This document shows positions 22,601 through 33,289 of a stretch of DNA of 64,000 nt, in pieces (the stretch's first letter is position 1; each line of letters opens with the position of its first letter). The notes beneath the pieces were generated by a model. The model searched no databases. It was not told where the DNA came from and saw nothing but the letters and a program-made list of their open reading frames with translations. The stretch is from Malacoraja senta (taxonomy: Eukaryota), in the NCBI GenBank assembly GCA_038087875.1, contig JAXLNO010000584.1:1-64000 (forward strand), in the 5' to 3' direction. The translations under genes and the position numbers were made by a program.

Positions 22601-25600
22601 AAAAATGGAAACGTTGGTTTGCTTTGAAAATGCAAAAGGTGGTTTGCTTTGAAATTGCAAAAAGTGGTTTGCTTTGAAAATGCAAAAGGAAGTTTGTTTT
22701 GAAAATACAAAAGGTGGTTTGCTTTGAAAATGCAAAAGGTGGCTTGCTTTTAATATGCAAAAGCTTGTTTGCTTTGAAAATGTAAAAGGTGGTTTACTAT
22801 TAAAATGCAATAGCTTGTTTGCTTTGAAAATGTAAAAGGTGGTTTCTATTAAAATGCAAAAGGTGATTTGCTTTGAAAATGCTAAAGGTGGTTTGCTTTG
22901 AAAATGCAAAAGGTGGTTTGCTTTGAAAAGGTGGTTTGCTTTGAAAATGCAAAAGGTGGTTTGCTTTGAAATTGCAAAACGTGGTTTGCTTTGAAAATGC
23001 AAAAGGTGGTTTGTTTTGAAAATCCAGAAGGTGGTTTGTTTTGAAAATGCGAAAGGTGGTTTGCTTTGAAAATGCAAAAGGTGGTTTGCTTAGAAAATGC
23101 AAAAGGAGATTTGCTTTGAAAATACAAAAGCTGGTATGCTTTGAAAATGGAAAAGGTGGTTTGCTTTGAAAATGCAATAATGTTTGCTTTTAAAATGCAG
23201 TAGGTGGTTGGCTTTGAAAATGGAAAAGGTGGTTTGCTTTGAAAATGGAAAAGGTGGCTTGTTTTGAAATTGCAAAAAGTGGTTTGCTTTGAAAATGCAA
23301 AAGTGGTTTGCTTTGAAAATGCTACATGTGGTTTTCTTTGAAAATTCAAATAGGTGGTTTGCTTTGAAAATGCATATGGTGGTTTGCTTTGAAAATTCAA
23401 AAAGAGGTTTGCTTTGAACATGCAAAAGGTGGTTTGCTTTGAAAATGCTAAATGTGGTTTGCTTTGAAAATGCAAATGGTGGTTTGCGTTGAAAATGGAA
23501 AACGTGGTTTGCTTTGAAAATGCAAAAGGTGGTTTGGTATAAAAATTACAAAAAGTGGTTTGCTTTGAAAATGCAAAAGGTGGTTTGCTTTGAAATTGCA
23601 AAAGGTCGTTTGCTTTGAAAATTTAAAAGGTCGTTTGCTTTGAAAATGCAAAAGTTGGTTTGCTGGTTTGCATTGAAAATGCAAAAGGTGGTTTACTTTG
23701 AAAATGCAAAAGGTCGTTTGCTTTCAAAGTGCAAAAGGTGGTTTGCTTTGAAAATGCAGAAGGTGGTTTGCTTTGAAAATGCAAAAGGTCGTTTGCTTTG
23801 AAAGTGCAAAAGGTGGTTTGCTTTGAAAATGCTAAATGTGGTTTGCTTTGAAAATGCAAAAAGTGGATTGCTTTGAAAATGCAAAAGGTGGTTTACTTTG
23901 AAAAGGTGGTTTGCTTAGAAAATGCAAAAGGAGATTTGCTTTGAAAATACAAAAGCTGGTTTGCTTTGAAAATGGAAATGGTGGTTTGCTTTAAAAATGC
24001 AATAATGTTTGCTTTTAAAATGCAGTAGGTGGTTTGCTTTGAAAATGGCAAAGGTGGTTTGCTTTGAAAATGGAAAAGGTGGTTTCCTTTGAAAATGCAA
24101 AAGTTCGTTTGCTTTGAAAGTGCAAAAGGTGGTTTGCTTTGAAAATGCTAAATGTGGTTTGCTTTGAAAATGCAAAAAGTGGTTTGCTTTGAAAATGCAA
24201 AAGGTGGTTTGCTTTGAAAATGCAAAAAGTGGTTCGCTTTGAAACTGCAAAAGGTGGTTTGCTTTGAAATTGCAAAAGGTGGTTTGCTTTAAAAATGCAT
24301 TAAGGTGGTTTGCTTTGAAAATGCAAAAGGTGGAATGCTTTGAAAAGGTTGTTTGCTTTGAAAAGGTGATTTGCTTTTAAAATGCAAAAGGTGGATTGCT
24401 TTGAAAATGCAAAAAGGTTTGCTTTTAAAATGCAGTGGGTGGTTTGCTTTGAAAATGGAAACGTTGGTTTGCTTTGAAAATGCAAAAAGTGGTTTGCTTT
24501 GAAATTGCAAAAAGTGGTTTGCTTTGAAAATGCAAAAGGAGGTTTGCTTTGAAAATACAAAAGGTGGTTTGCTTTGAAAATGCAAAAGGTGGCTTGCTTT
24601 TAATATGCAAAAGGTTGTTTGCTTTGAAAATGTAAAAGGTGGTTTACTATTAAAATGCAAAAGGTGGTTTGCTTTGAAAATGCAAAAGTTGGTTTGCTGG
24701 TTTGCATTGAAAATGCAAAAGGTGGTTTACTTTGAAAATAGAAAAGGTGATGTGCTTTGAAAATGCAAATGGTGGTTTGCTTTGAAAATAGAAAAGGAAG
24801 TTTGCTTTGAAAATGTAAAAGTTCGTTTGCTTTGAAAATGCAAAAGGTGGTTTGCTTTGAAAAGGTTGTTTGCTTTGAAAAGGTGGTTTGCTTTGAAAAT
24901 GCAAAAGGTGGATTGCTTTGAAAATGCAAAAAGGTTTGCTTTTAAAATGCAGTAGGTGGTTTGCTTTGAAAATGGAAAAGGTGGTTTGCTTTGAAAATGC
25001 AAAAGGTGGTTTGCTTTGAAATTGCAAAAAGTGGTTTGCTTTGAAAATGAGAAAAGTGGTTTGCTTTGAAAATACAAAAGGTAGTTTGTTTTGAAAATGC
25101 AAAAGGTGACTTGCTTTTAATATGCAAAATGTGGTTTGCTTTGAAAATGCAAAAGGTGGTTTGCATTTAAAATGCAAAAGGTAATTTGCTTTGAAAATGC
25201 TAAAGGTGGTCTGCTTTGAAAATGCAAAAGGTGGTTTGCTTTGAAAAGGTGGTTTGCTTTGAAAATGCAAAAGGTGGTTTGCTTTGAAATTGCAAAACGT
25301 GGTTTGCTTTGAAAATGCAAAAGGTGGTTTGTTTTGAAAATCCAGAAGGTGGTTTGTTTTGAAAATGCAAAAGGTGGTTTGCTTTGAAAATGCAAAAGGT
25401 GGTTTGCTTAGAAAATGCAAAAGGAGATTTGCTTTGAAAATACAAAAGCTGGTTTGCTTTGAAAATGGAAAAGGTGGTTTGCTTTGAAAATGCAATAATG
25501 TTTGCTTTTAAAATGCAGTAGGTGGTTGGCTTTGAACATGGAAAAGGTGGTTTGCTTTGAAAATGGAAAAGGTGGCTTGTTTTGAAATTGCAAAAAGTGG

Positions 25601-28600
25601 TTTGCTTTGAAAATGCAAAAGTGGTTTGCTTTGAAAATGCTACATGTGGTTTTCTTTGAAAATGCAAATAGGTGGTTTGCTTTGAAAATGCAAAAGGTGG
25701 TTTGCTTTGAAAATTCAAAAAGAGGTTTGCTTTGAACATGCAAAAGGTGGTTTGCTTTGAAAATGCAAAAAGAGTTTTGCTTTGAAAATACAAAAGCTGG
25801 TTTGCTTTGAAAATGGAAATGGTGGTTTGCTTTGAAAATGCAATAATGTTTGCTTTTAAAATGCAGTAGGTGGTTTGCTTTGAAAATGGAAAAGGTGGTT
25901 TGCTTTGAAAATGGAAAAGGTGGCTTGTTTTGAAATTGCAAAAAGTGGTTTGCTTTGAAAATGCAAAAGTGGTTTGCTTTGAAAATTTAAAAGGTCGTTT
26001 GCTTTGAAAATGCAAAAGTTGGTTTGCTGGTTTGCATTGAAAATGCAAAAGATGGTTTTCTTTGAAAATGGGAATGGTGATGTGCTTTGAAAATGCAAAT
26101 GGTGGTTTGCTTTGAAAATGGAAAAGGTGGTTTCCTTTGAAAATGCAAAAGTTCGTTTGCTTTGAAAGTGCAAAAGGTGGTTTGCTTTGAAAATGCAAAA
26201 GGTCGTTTGCTTTGAAAGTGCAAAAAGTGGTTTGCTTTGAAAATGCAAAAGGTGGTTTGCTTTGAAAATGCAAAAAGTGGTTCGCTTTGAAACTGCAAAA
26301 GGTGGTTTGCTTTGAAATTGCAAAAGGTGGTTTGCTTTAAAAATGCATAAAGGTGGTTTGCTTTGAAAATGCTAAATGTGGTTTGCTTTGAAAATGCAAA
26401 AAGTGGTTTGCTTTGAAAATGCAAAAGGTGGTTTGCTTTGAAAATGCAAAAAGTGGTTCGCTTTGAAACTGCAAAAGGTGGTTTGCTTTGAAATTGCAAA
26501 AGGTGGTTTGCTTTAAAAATGCATAAAGGTGGTTTGCTTTGAAAATGCAAAAGGTGCAATGCTTTGAAAAGGTTGTTTGCTTTGAAAAGGTGATTTGCTT
26601 TTAAAATGCAAAAGGTGGATTGCTTTGAAAATGCAAAAAGGTTTGCTTTTAAAATGCAGTGGGTGGTTTGCTTTGAAAATGGAAACGTTGGTTTGCTTTG
26701 AAAATGCAAACGGTGGTTTGCTTTGAAATTGCAAAAAGTGGTTTGCTTTGAAAATGCAAAAGTTGGTTTGCTGGTTTGCATTGAAAATGCAAAAGGTGGT
26801 TTACTTTGAAAATGGAAAAGGTGATGTGCTTTGAAAATGCAAATGGTGGTTTGCTTTGAAAATAGAAAAGGAAGTTTGCTTTGAAAATGTAAAAGTTCGT
26901 TTGCTTTGAAAATGCAAAAGGTGGTTTGCTTTGAAATGGTTGTTTGCTTTGAAAAGGTGGTTTGCTTTGAAAATGCAAAAGGTGGATTGCTTTGAAAATG
27001 CAATAGGTGGTTTGCTTTGAAATTGCAAAAAGTGGTTTGCTTTGAAAATGAGAAAAGTGGTTTGCTTTGAAAATACAAAAGGTAGTTTGCTTTGAAAATG
27101 CAAAAGGTGGCTAGCTTTTAATATGCAAAACGTGGTTTGCTTTGAAAATGCAAAAGGTTGTTTGCTTTGAAAATGCAAAAGGTGGTTTGCTTTGAAATTG
27201 CAAAACGTGGTTTGCTTTGAAAATGCAAACGGTGGTTTGTTTTGAAAATCCAGAAGGTGGTTTGTTTTGAAAATGCAAAAGGTGGTTTGCTTTGAAAATG
27301 CAAAAGGTGGGTTGCTTAGTAAATGCAAAAGGAGATTTGCTTTCAAAATGGAAAAGGTGGTTTGCTTTGAAAATGCAATAATGTTTGCTTTTAAAATGCA
27401 GTAGGTGGTTTGCTTTGAAAATGGAGAGGGTGGTTTGCTTTGAAAATGGAAAAGGTGGCTAGTTTTGAAATTGCAAAAAGTGGTATGCTTTGAAAATGCA
27501 AAAGTGGTTTGCTTTGAAAATACAAAAGATGGTTTGCTTTGAAAATGCAAAAGGTGGCTCTCTTTTAATATGCAAAAGGTGGTTTGCTTTGAAAATGCAA
27601 ACGATGGTTTGCTTTGAAAATGCAAAAGGTCGTTGGCTTTGAAAATACAAAAGGTGGTTTGCTTTGAAAATGCTACATGTGGTTTTCTTTGAAAATGCTA
27701 ATAGGTGGTTTGCTTTGAAAATGCAAAAGGTGGTTTCCTTTGAAAATGCAAAAAGAGGTTTGCTTTGAAAATGCAAAAGGTGGTTTGCTTTGAAAATGCA
27801 AAAGGTGGTTTGTTTTAAAAATGCAGAAGGTGGTTTGCTTTGAAAATGCAAAAGGTGGTTTGCTTTGAGTATTCAAAAGGTGATTTGCTTTGAAAATACA
27901 AAAGGTGCTTTGCTTTTAAAATGCAAAAGGTGATTTGCTTTGAAAGTGCAAAAGGTTGTTTGCTTGGAAAATGCAAAAGGTGGTTTGCTTAGAAAAGGTG
28001 GTTTGCTTTGAAAATGCAAAAGGTGGTTTGCTTTGAAATTGCAAAAAGTGGTTTGCTTTGAAAATGCAAAAGGAGGTTTGCTTTGAAAATACAAAAGGTG
28101 GTTTGCTTTGAAAATGCAAAAGGTGGCTTGCTTTTAATATGCAAAAGGTTTGCTTTGAAAATGTAAGAGGTGGTTTACTATTAAAATGCAAAAGGTGGTT
28201 TGCTTTGAAAATGCAAAAGTTGGTTTGCTGGTTTGCATTGAAAATGCAAAAGGTGGTTTGCTTTGAAAATGCAAAAGGTCGTTTGTTTTAAAAATGCAGA
28301 AGGTGGTTTGTTTTGAAAATGCAAAAGGTGGTTTGCTTCGAAAATGCTAAATGTGGTTTGCTTTGAAAATGCAAAAGGTGGTTTGCTTTGAAAATGCAAA
28401 AGATGGTTTGCTTTGAATATACCAAAAGGTTTGCTTTGAAAATGCAAATGGTGGTTTGATTTGAAAATGGAAAAGGTGTTTTGCTTTGAAAATGCAACAG
28501 GTCGTTTGCTTTGATAATGCAAAAGGTGGTTTGTTTTGAAAATACAAAAGATGTTTGTTTTGAAAATGAAAAGGTGTTTTTTGCTTTGAAAATGCAAAAG

Positions 28601-29394
28601 GTGGTTTGCTTTGAAAATGCAAAAGGTGGTTTGTTTTGAAAATGCGAAAAATGTTTTGATTTGAAAATGCAAAAGGTGGTTTGCTTTGAAAATGGAAAGG
28701 GTGGTTCGTTTTGAAAATGCAGAAGGTGGTTTGTTTTGAAAATGCAAAAGGTGGTTTGCTTTGAAAATGCAAAAGGTGGTTTGCTTTGAAAATGCAAAAG
28801 GTGGTTTGCCTTGAAAATGCAAAAGGTGGGTTGCTTTGAAAATACAAAAGGTGGTTCGTTTTTAAAATGCAGAAGGTGGTTTGTTTTGAAAATGCAAAAG
28901 GTGGTTTGCTTTAAAAATGCAAAAGGTGGTTTGGTTTGAAAATGCAAAAGGTGGGTTGCTTTGAAAATGCAAAAGGTGGTTTGCTTTGAAAATGCATAAA
29001 GTGGTTTGCTTAGAAAATGCAAAAGATGGTTTGCTTTGAAAATGCAAAAATGTTTGCTTTGAAAATGCATATGGTGGTTTGCTTTGAAAATGGAAAAGGT
29101 GTTTTGCTTTGAAAACGCAACAGGTCGTTTGCTTTGATAATGCAAAAAGGTGGTTTGCTTTGAAAATGCACAAAGGTTTGCTTTGAAAATCCAATAGATT
29201 GTTTGCTTTGAAAATGGAAATGATGGTTTGCTTTGAAAATGCAAAAGGTGGTTTGCTTTGAAAATGCAAAGGCAAGTGAGGGTGCTTTCAAAATGCAAAG
29301 GCAAGTGCGTTTGGTTTGAAAATGCAAAGGCAAGTGCGGTTGCTTTGAAAATGCAAAGGCAAGTGCGATTGCTTTGAAAATGCATAGGCAAGTG
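7614..29394 (+). repeat. 25-bp satellite array (~21.8 kb) with higher-order repeats
   Basis: Continuous GGTGGTTTGCTTTGAAAATGCAAAA monomers and variants; diagnostic variants recur at fixed spacings (e.g. 1277, 289 and ~5100 bp); the last five units (~29260-29394) are a 29-bp variant containing GGCAAGTG. Confidence 0.98.
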
Positions 29395-29808
29395 ATTAAA
29401 AGTCAAATCTTGACCACTTCCTGTTTGCACTCTATATTGATTTTAGAAAAATCTCTACCACTTACGGCTTCGATTTTTGGCCATATTACACAGTCCCCCT
29501 CCAGCTGTTAGGGCCAGAGGATTTTTCCTATTGATGAAAAATATAAGACTTATTAATGTTTAAATAATTTTGAAATTGTCTCTCCTGTCAATCATGCCAT
29601 GGAGGCCACGCCCCATCCGGTGGGAGGGGGAGGGACTATAAACCCGGATGTGTGCACTTGCCACAGTCGCTGCACGATGTGGGAGGGAGAGGTCACGACT
29701 CTCAGTCTGAGCAGTGAATAAACTGAACACAACACATGTCTACTAAACTGAGTGTGGTTTTATGTGGTTTATTTGGAACTGTGTTTGGAAGGAATAAATG
29801 TTTTTACG

Positions 29809-29990
29809 TGCCTTTTGACTGTCGCTAATTGAAAAGTGTGCCTTTTGACTGTGCCGCTAATTGAAAAGTGTGCCTTTTGACTGTGCCGCTAAATGGAAAG
29901 GATGCATTTTGACTGTGCCGCTAATTGAAAAGTGTGCCTTTTGACTGTGCCGCTAAATGGAAAGGATGCCTTTTCACTGTGCCGCTAAAC
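29809..29990. repeat. 32-bp tandem repeat, ~6 copies
   Basis: TGCCTTTTGACTGTGCCGCTAATTGAAAAGTG mixed with a ...TAAATGGAAAGGA variant. Confidence 0.93.
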
Positions 29991-30325
29991 TGTGCCTATA
30001 TTTTAAAATGTGATTTGCTTTATAAATGTGGCTTGCGTTTTAACGTGGCTTGCGTTTTAAATGTGGCTTGCTGTGCAACCGTTTTTGGAAGGAAAAACAG
30101 CGAATAAACGTTTTATTAGATCAGGACTGTGTTTAATGCAAAATTGCCGCTCATTCCGTGACTTCCGCTTAGTGGAGAGATGGTGCTGATTGCGTCATTT
30201 CCGGTGAGTTCAGAGGTGGCGCTCAGTGCGGAAGGGTATAGTGGAGACACCGCCCTGAACCGTTAGTAACAGGATTCAGTTTGCTTACCACATTCTGAAG
30301 TTACTTGGCATTTTAGTATTGGTGC

Positions 30326-30606
30326 TGTGTGTGAGTGTGTGTCTGTGTTTGTGTGTCTGTATTTGTGTGTGTGTGTGTGTGTGTGCGTTTCTTTGTGTTT
30401 GTGTGTGTGTGTGTGTTTGTTTCTTTGTGTTTGTGTGTGTGTGTGTGTCTGTGTGTGTCTTTGTCTTTGTGTGTGTGTGTTCCTGTGTGTGTCCCTGTGT
30501 GTGTGTCCCTGTGTGTGTGTCTCTCTGTGTGTGCCTCTCTGTGTGTGTCTGTGTGTGTGTCTCTGTGTGTGTGTTTCTGTGTGTGTGCCTCTATGTGTGT
30601 GTCTCT
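30326..30606. repeat. Degenerate (TG)n tract
   Basis: Interrupted TG dinucleotide runs. Confidence 0.93.
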
Positions 30607-30613
30607 GTTGGAG

Positions 30614-30762
30614 TGCTTGGAGTGCTGTGAGGTTGGACTTACTTCCTGCACTCTGCTTGGAGTGCTGTGAGGTTGGACTTGCTGCCTGCACTCTGCTTGG
30701 AGTGCTGTGAGGTTGAATTTGCTGCCTGCACTCTGCTTGGAGTGCTGTGAGGTTGGACTTGC
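30614..30762. repeat. 40-bp tandem repeat, ~3.7 copies
   Basis: TGCTTGGAGTGCTGTGAGGTTGGACTTGCTGCCTGCACTC. Confidence 0.92.
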
Positions 30763-31269
30763 AATGTTTTAAGACTCGTGCACATTTTAAACTTTAATAA
30801 ATCATGTTTCCACTTGCCATGTCTGCGTGTTCTTCATCACAATGGGTACCTAATAGGCAGGAATGGCTGCGCTGTCGGAGAGCCACTAAGAGTGCCTGGG
30901 GGAGGGGGGGATTGAGGGGAGATGCACTGAATGCGTGGGGGAGGGGAATGGCAAGGAGCAGAGTAGTGGAGTGAAGGGAGGAGGGGTAACTGATTGAACT
31001 GTCACCACGCCAGCTGTAAGTGACAATGCCAGCCCACCAGCCATGACTCACCTAACTGCAAGTCCAAGAATGTCCGTACTAGCCCTCTGGAAACCAGTCT
31101 CTTCAGCCCACAACACCCATACTAGCGCTCCAGAGATCCACGCAAGGATAGACTTTCCTCCTTCATTGCTGTGATCTGAAAAAAAGATGAAAATGTCTAA
31201 AATTGATTGTCCACCCTCTCCCCCTTCTCTCTCACAAAGACTCTACCTGTTTTCAGCACAATTTCTGGC

Positions 31270-31380
31270 AGTTTCTGAGCTGCCAGCCCACCAGGCCTGA
31301 GTTTCTGAGCTGCCAGCCCACCAGGCCTGAGTTTCTGAGCTGCCAGCCCATCAGGCCTGAGTTTCTGAGCTGCCAGCCCA
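31270..31380. repeat. 30-bp tandem repeat, ~3.7 copies
   Basis: GTTTCTGAGCTGCCAGCCCACCAGGCCTGA. Confidence 0.92.
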
Positions 31381-31782
31381 AGAATCCATTAAGCCCACAA
31401 AACCGATGTTAGCTCTCCACAAGCCCCACCCCCCACTGGCCAGCAATATTGGAATTGGTGAAGAGGTGGAAAATTGCTTTGTGGGACCAGCCCTCCCGTG
31501 TGAAGCTGGGATCCAACGGGTCTCACTTAATCTAGTGTAGTTATACAAGAAGAGGTTTGGATGAATATCTTACTGTTTTTGCTACTACAATAAAGAAACT
31601 ATTAATCAAGAGACTGTGTTTGGAAGATTTCCCTTTCGACGGCATTGAATGTCTCGGGGAGAGCTCGTGAATGTGTTTCCATTAACTCCTGAACCCGTGT
31701 CTTCAATCAGAGTGACTAAAGGAAAGAATCCTTGAAACGATATGAAAATCTGTCACTATAAGTATTAGCCCAGATTACTACC

Positions 31783-32382
31783 CCACAGTGTGTCACGCTA
31801 TCAGTACTACTCCACATGTGTGTCCCTCCATCAGTACCTCCACAGTGTGTCCCTCCATCAGTACCACCACAGTGTGTCCCTCCATCAGTACCACCACAGT
31901 GTGTCCCTCCATCAGTACCACCACAGTGTGTCCCTCCATCAGTACCACCACAGTGTGTCCCTCCATCAGCACCACCACAGTGTGTCCCTCCATCAGTACC
32001 ACCACCACAGTGTGTCTCTCCATCAGTACCACCACAGTGTGTCCCTCCATCAGTACCACCAAAGTGTGTCCCTCCATCAGTACCACCACAGTGTGTCCCT
32101 CCATCAGTACCACCACAGTGTGTCCCTCCATCAGGACCACCACAGTGTGCCCCTCCATCAGTACCACCACATGTGTGTCCTTCCATCAGTACCACCACAG
32201 TGTGTCACCCCATCAGTACCACCACAGTGTGTCACCCCATCAGTACCACCACAGTGTGTCACTGCGTCAGTACCACCACAGTGTGTCACCCCATCAGTAC
32301 CACCACAGTGTGTCACTGCTTCAGTTCTGCCCCATTTTTATCCCTCCATCAGTAATATCCCACTGTGTGTCACTCCATCAGT
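31783..32382. repeat. 27-bp minisatellite, ~20 copies with degenerate edges
   Basis: CAGTACCACCACAGTGTGTCCCTCCAT; explains the [27 protein letters not shown] ORFs. Confidence 0.95.
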
Positions 32383-33203
32383 GGACGGAGAGAGGGCAGC
32401 CCAGAGAGGGGGAATAGAGAGCGTAGGAGAGAGAGTAACAGTTCAGAGAGAGTGACAGCAGTGAGGATGGAGGGAGAGAGAAAGAGAGGAGGGAGAGGTG
32501 CTGCAACATTCGCCGTTTTATTTAGGTTTAGGACAATTCTGAGGCGGCAATGTTTCTGTTCTCTGAGTGTCGTGATGCTCTGGGTCGTTCCTCCACAGAG
32601 GTGATGAAGGCAGAGAATGTTATTGTCCCATGGTATAGTCAGATCTATTCCAGGCAAGCAGGGAGTGAATGGTTCCCGGGGTCAGTCAGTGGGAGTGTGG
32701 GGTTGGGGTCACAGTCAGTCAGTGAAGCCGCGATCATATTGAGGGGTGAGGCAGAGTGGAGGGGGTAGGGGGGGCATTTTAGTCCGAGGTGATGTGTTGA
32801 ACTAATTCCTCAACCTGTGGACAAAGGTCGCCCAGTCCAGTCCACCTTCAAAACTGGGCATCAGAAGCCCTGAGAGGGTCCCTGGAATTTGGCATTGCCT
32901 TGCTGAATGAAACGGATTGAAGGAAATCAGACAAACAACATGAGGTGGAGAGTTGGATCTGATGGAGTTTGAAATAATATCCCCTTTGCTGGAACAATGC
33001 CGCCGCTCCCAATTTCCATCCATCAGTATATATCGCCACAATTCCCAGTCTTTGGAGTTTTCTCAATCAATTCCCTGCATAAATCACAACCTGTCTCAGC
33101 AGGGATTTCACTGGGTTGATGTCATCTGTTTGTGAATCATTTCTAAATCTCTATTTTTAAACCTCTGTTGAAACTCACTGTCCCGGTGGAGACGGGAAAA
33201 TGG

Positions 33204-33210
33204 TATAAAA
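33204..33210 (+). promoter_or_regulatory. Candidate TATA box of the GPCR gene
   Basis: TATAAAA 86 bp upstream of the exon-1 ATG, conserved in the mirror copy (~40241-40247). Motif only, no transcript evidence. Confidence 0.3.
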
Positions 33211-33289
33211 TCTCGGGGAATGTTCTGTCCCAGCATTTCATTCCGAGACATTACCGGTAGCTCACGGGCCACGTCGCTGGGCAGAGAAA

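Larger units (their letters stand above)
29395..31535 (+). mobile_element. Putative non-autonomous Helitron-like element (left arm)
   Basis: Ends TGGGATCC-AAC-GGGTCTCA (8-bp stem with two G.T pairs), CTTAAT, CTAG|T, the canonical Helitron 3' hairpin plus CTRR before a T. No ORF; several internal tandem arrays. No 5' TC seen, so the 5' limit at the satellite junction is inferred. Confidence 0.55.

Noticed and set aside
7614..29394. CRISPR-like array (short dyad-symmetric repeat)
   Set aside because: Head-to-tail monomers with no unique spacers, no cas genes, eukaryotic context.
30263..30710. Cys/Val- and His/Thr-rich ORFs (also 42768-43327)
   Set aside because: Translations of (TG)n/(CA)n tracts.
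31716..32455. Mucin-, proline- or histidine-rich ORFs (also 40988-41704)
   Set aside because: Multiple frames on both strands are open because of a 27-bp VNTR; no splice or domain support.
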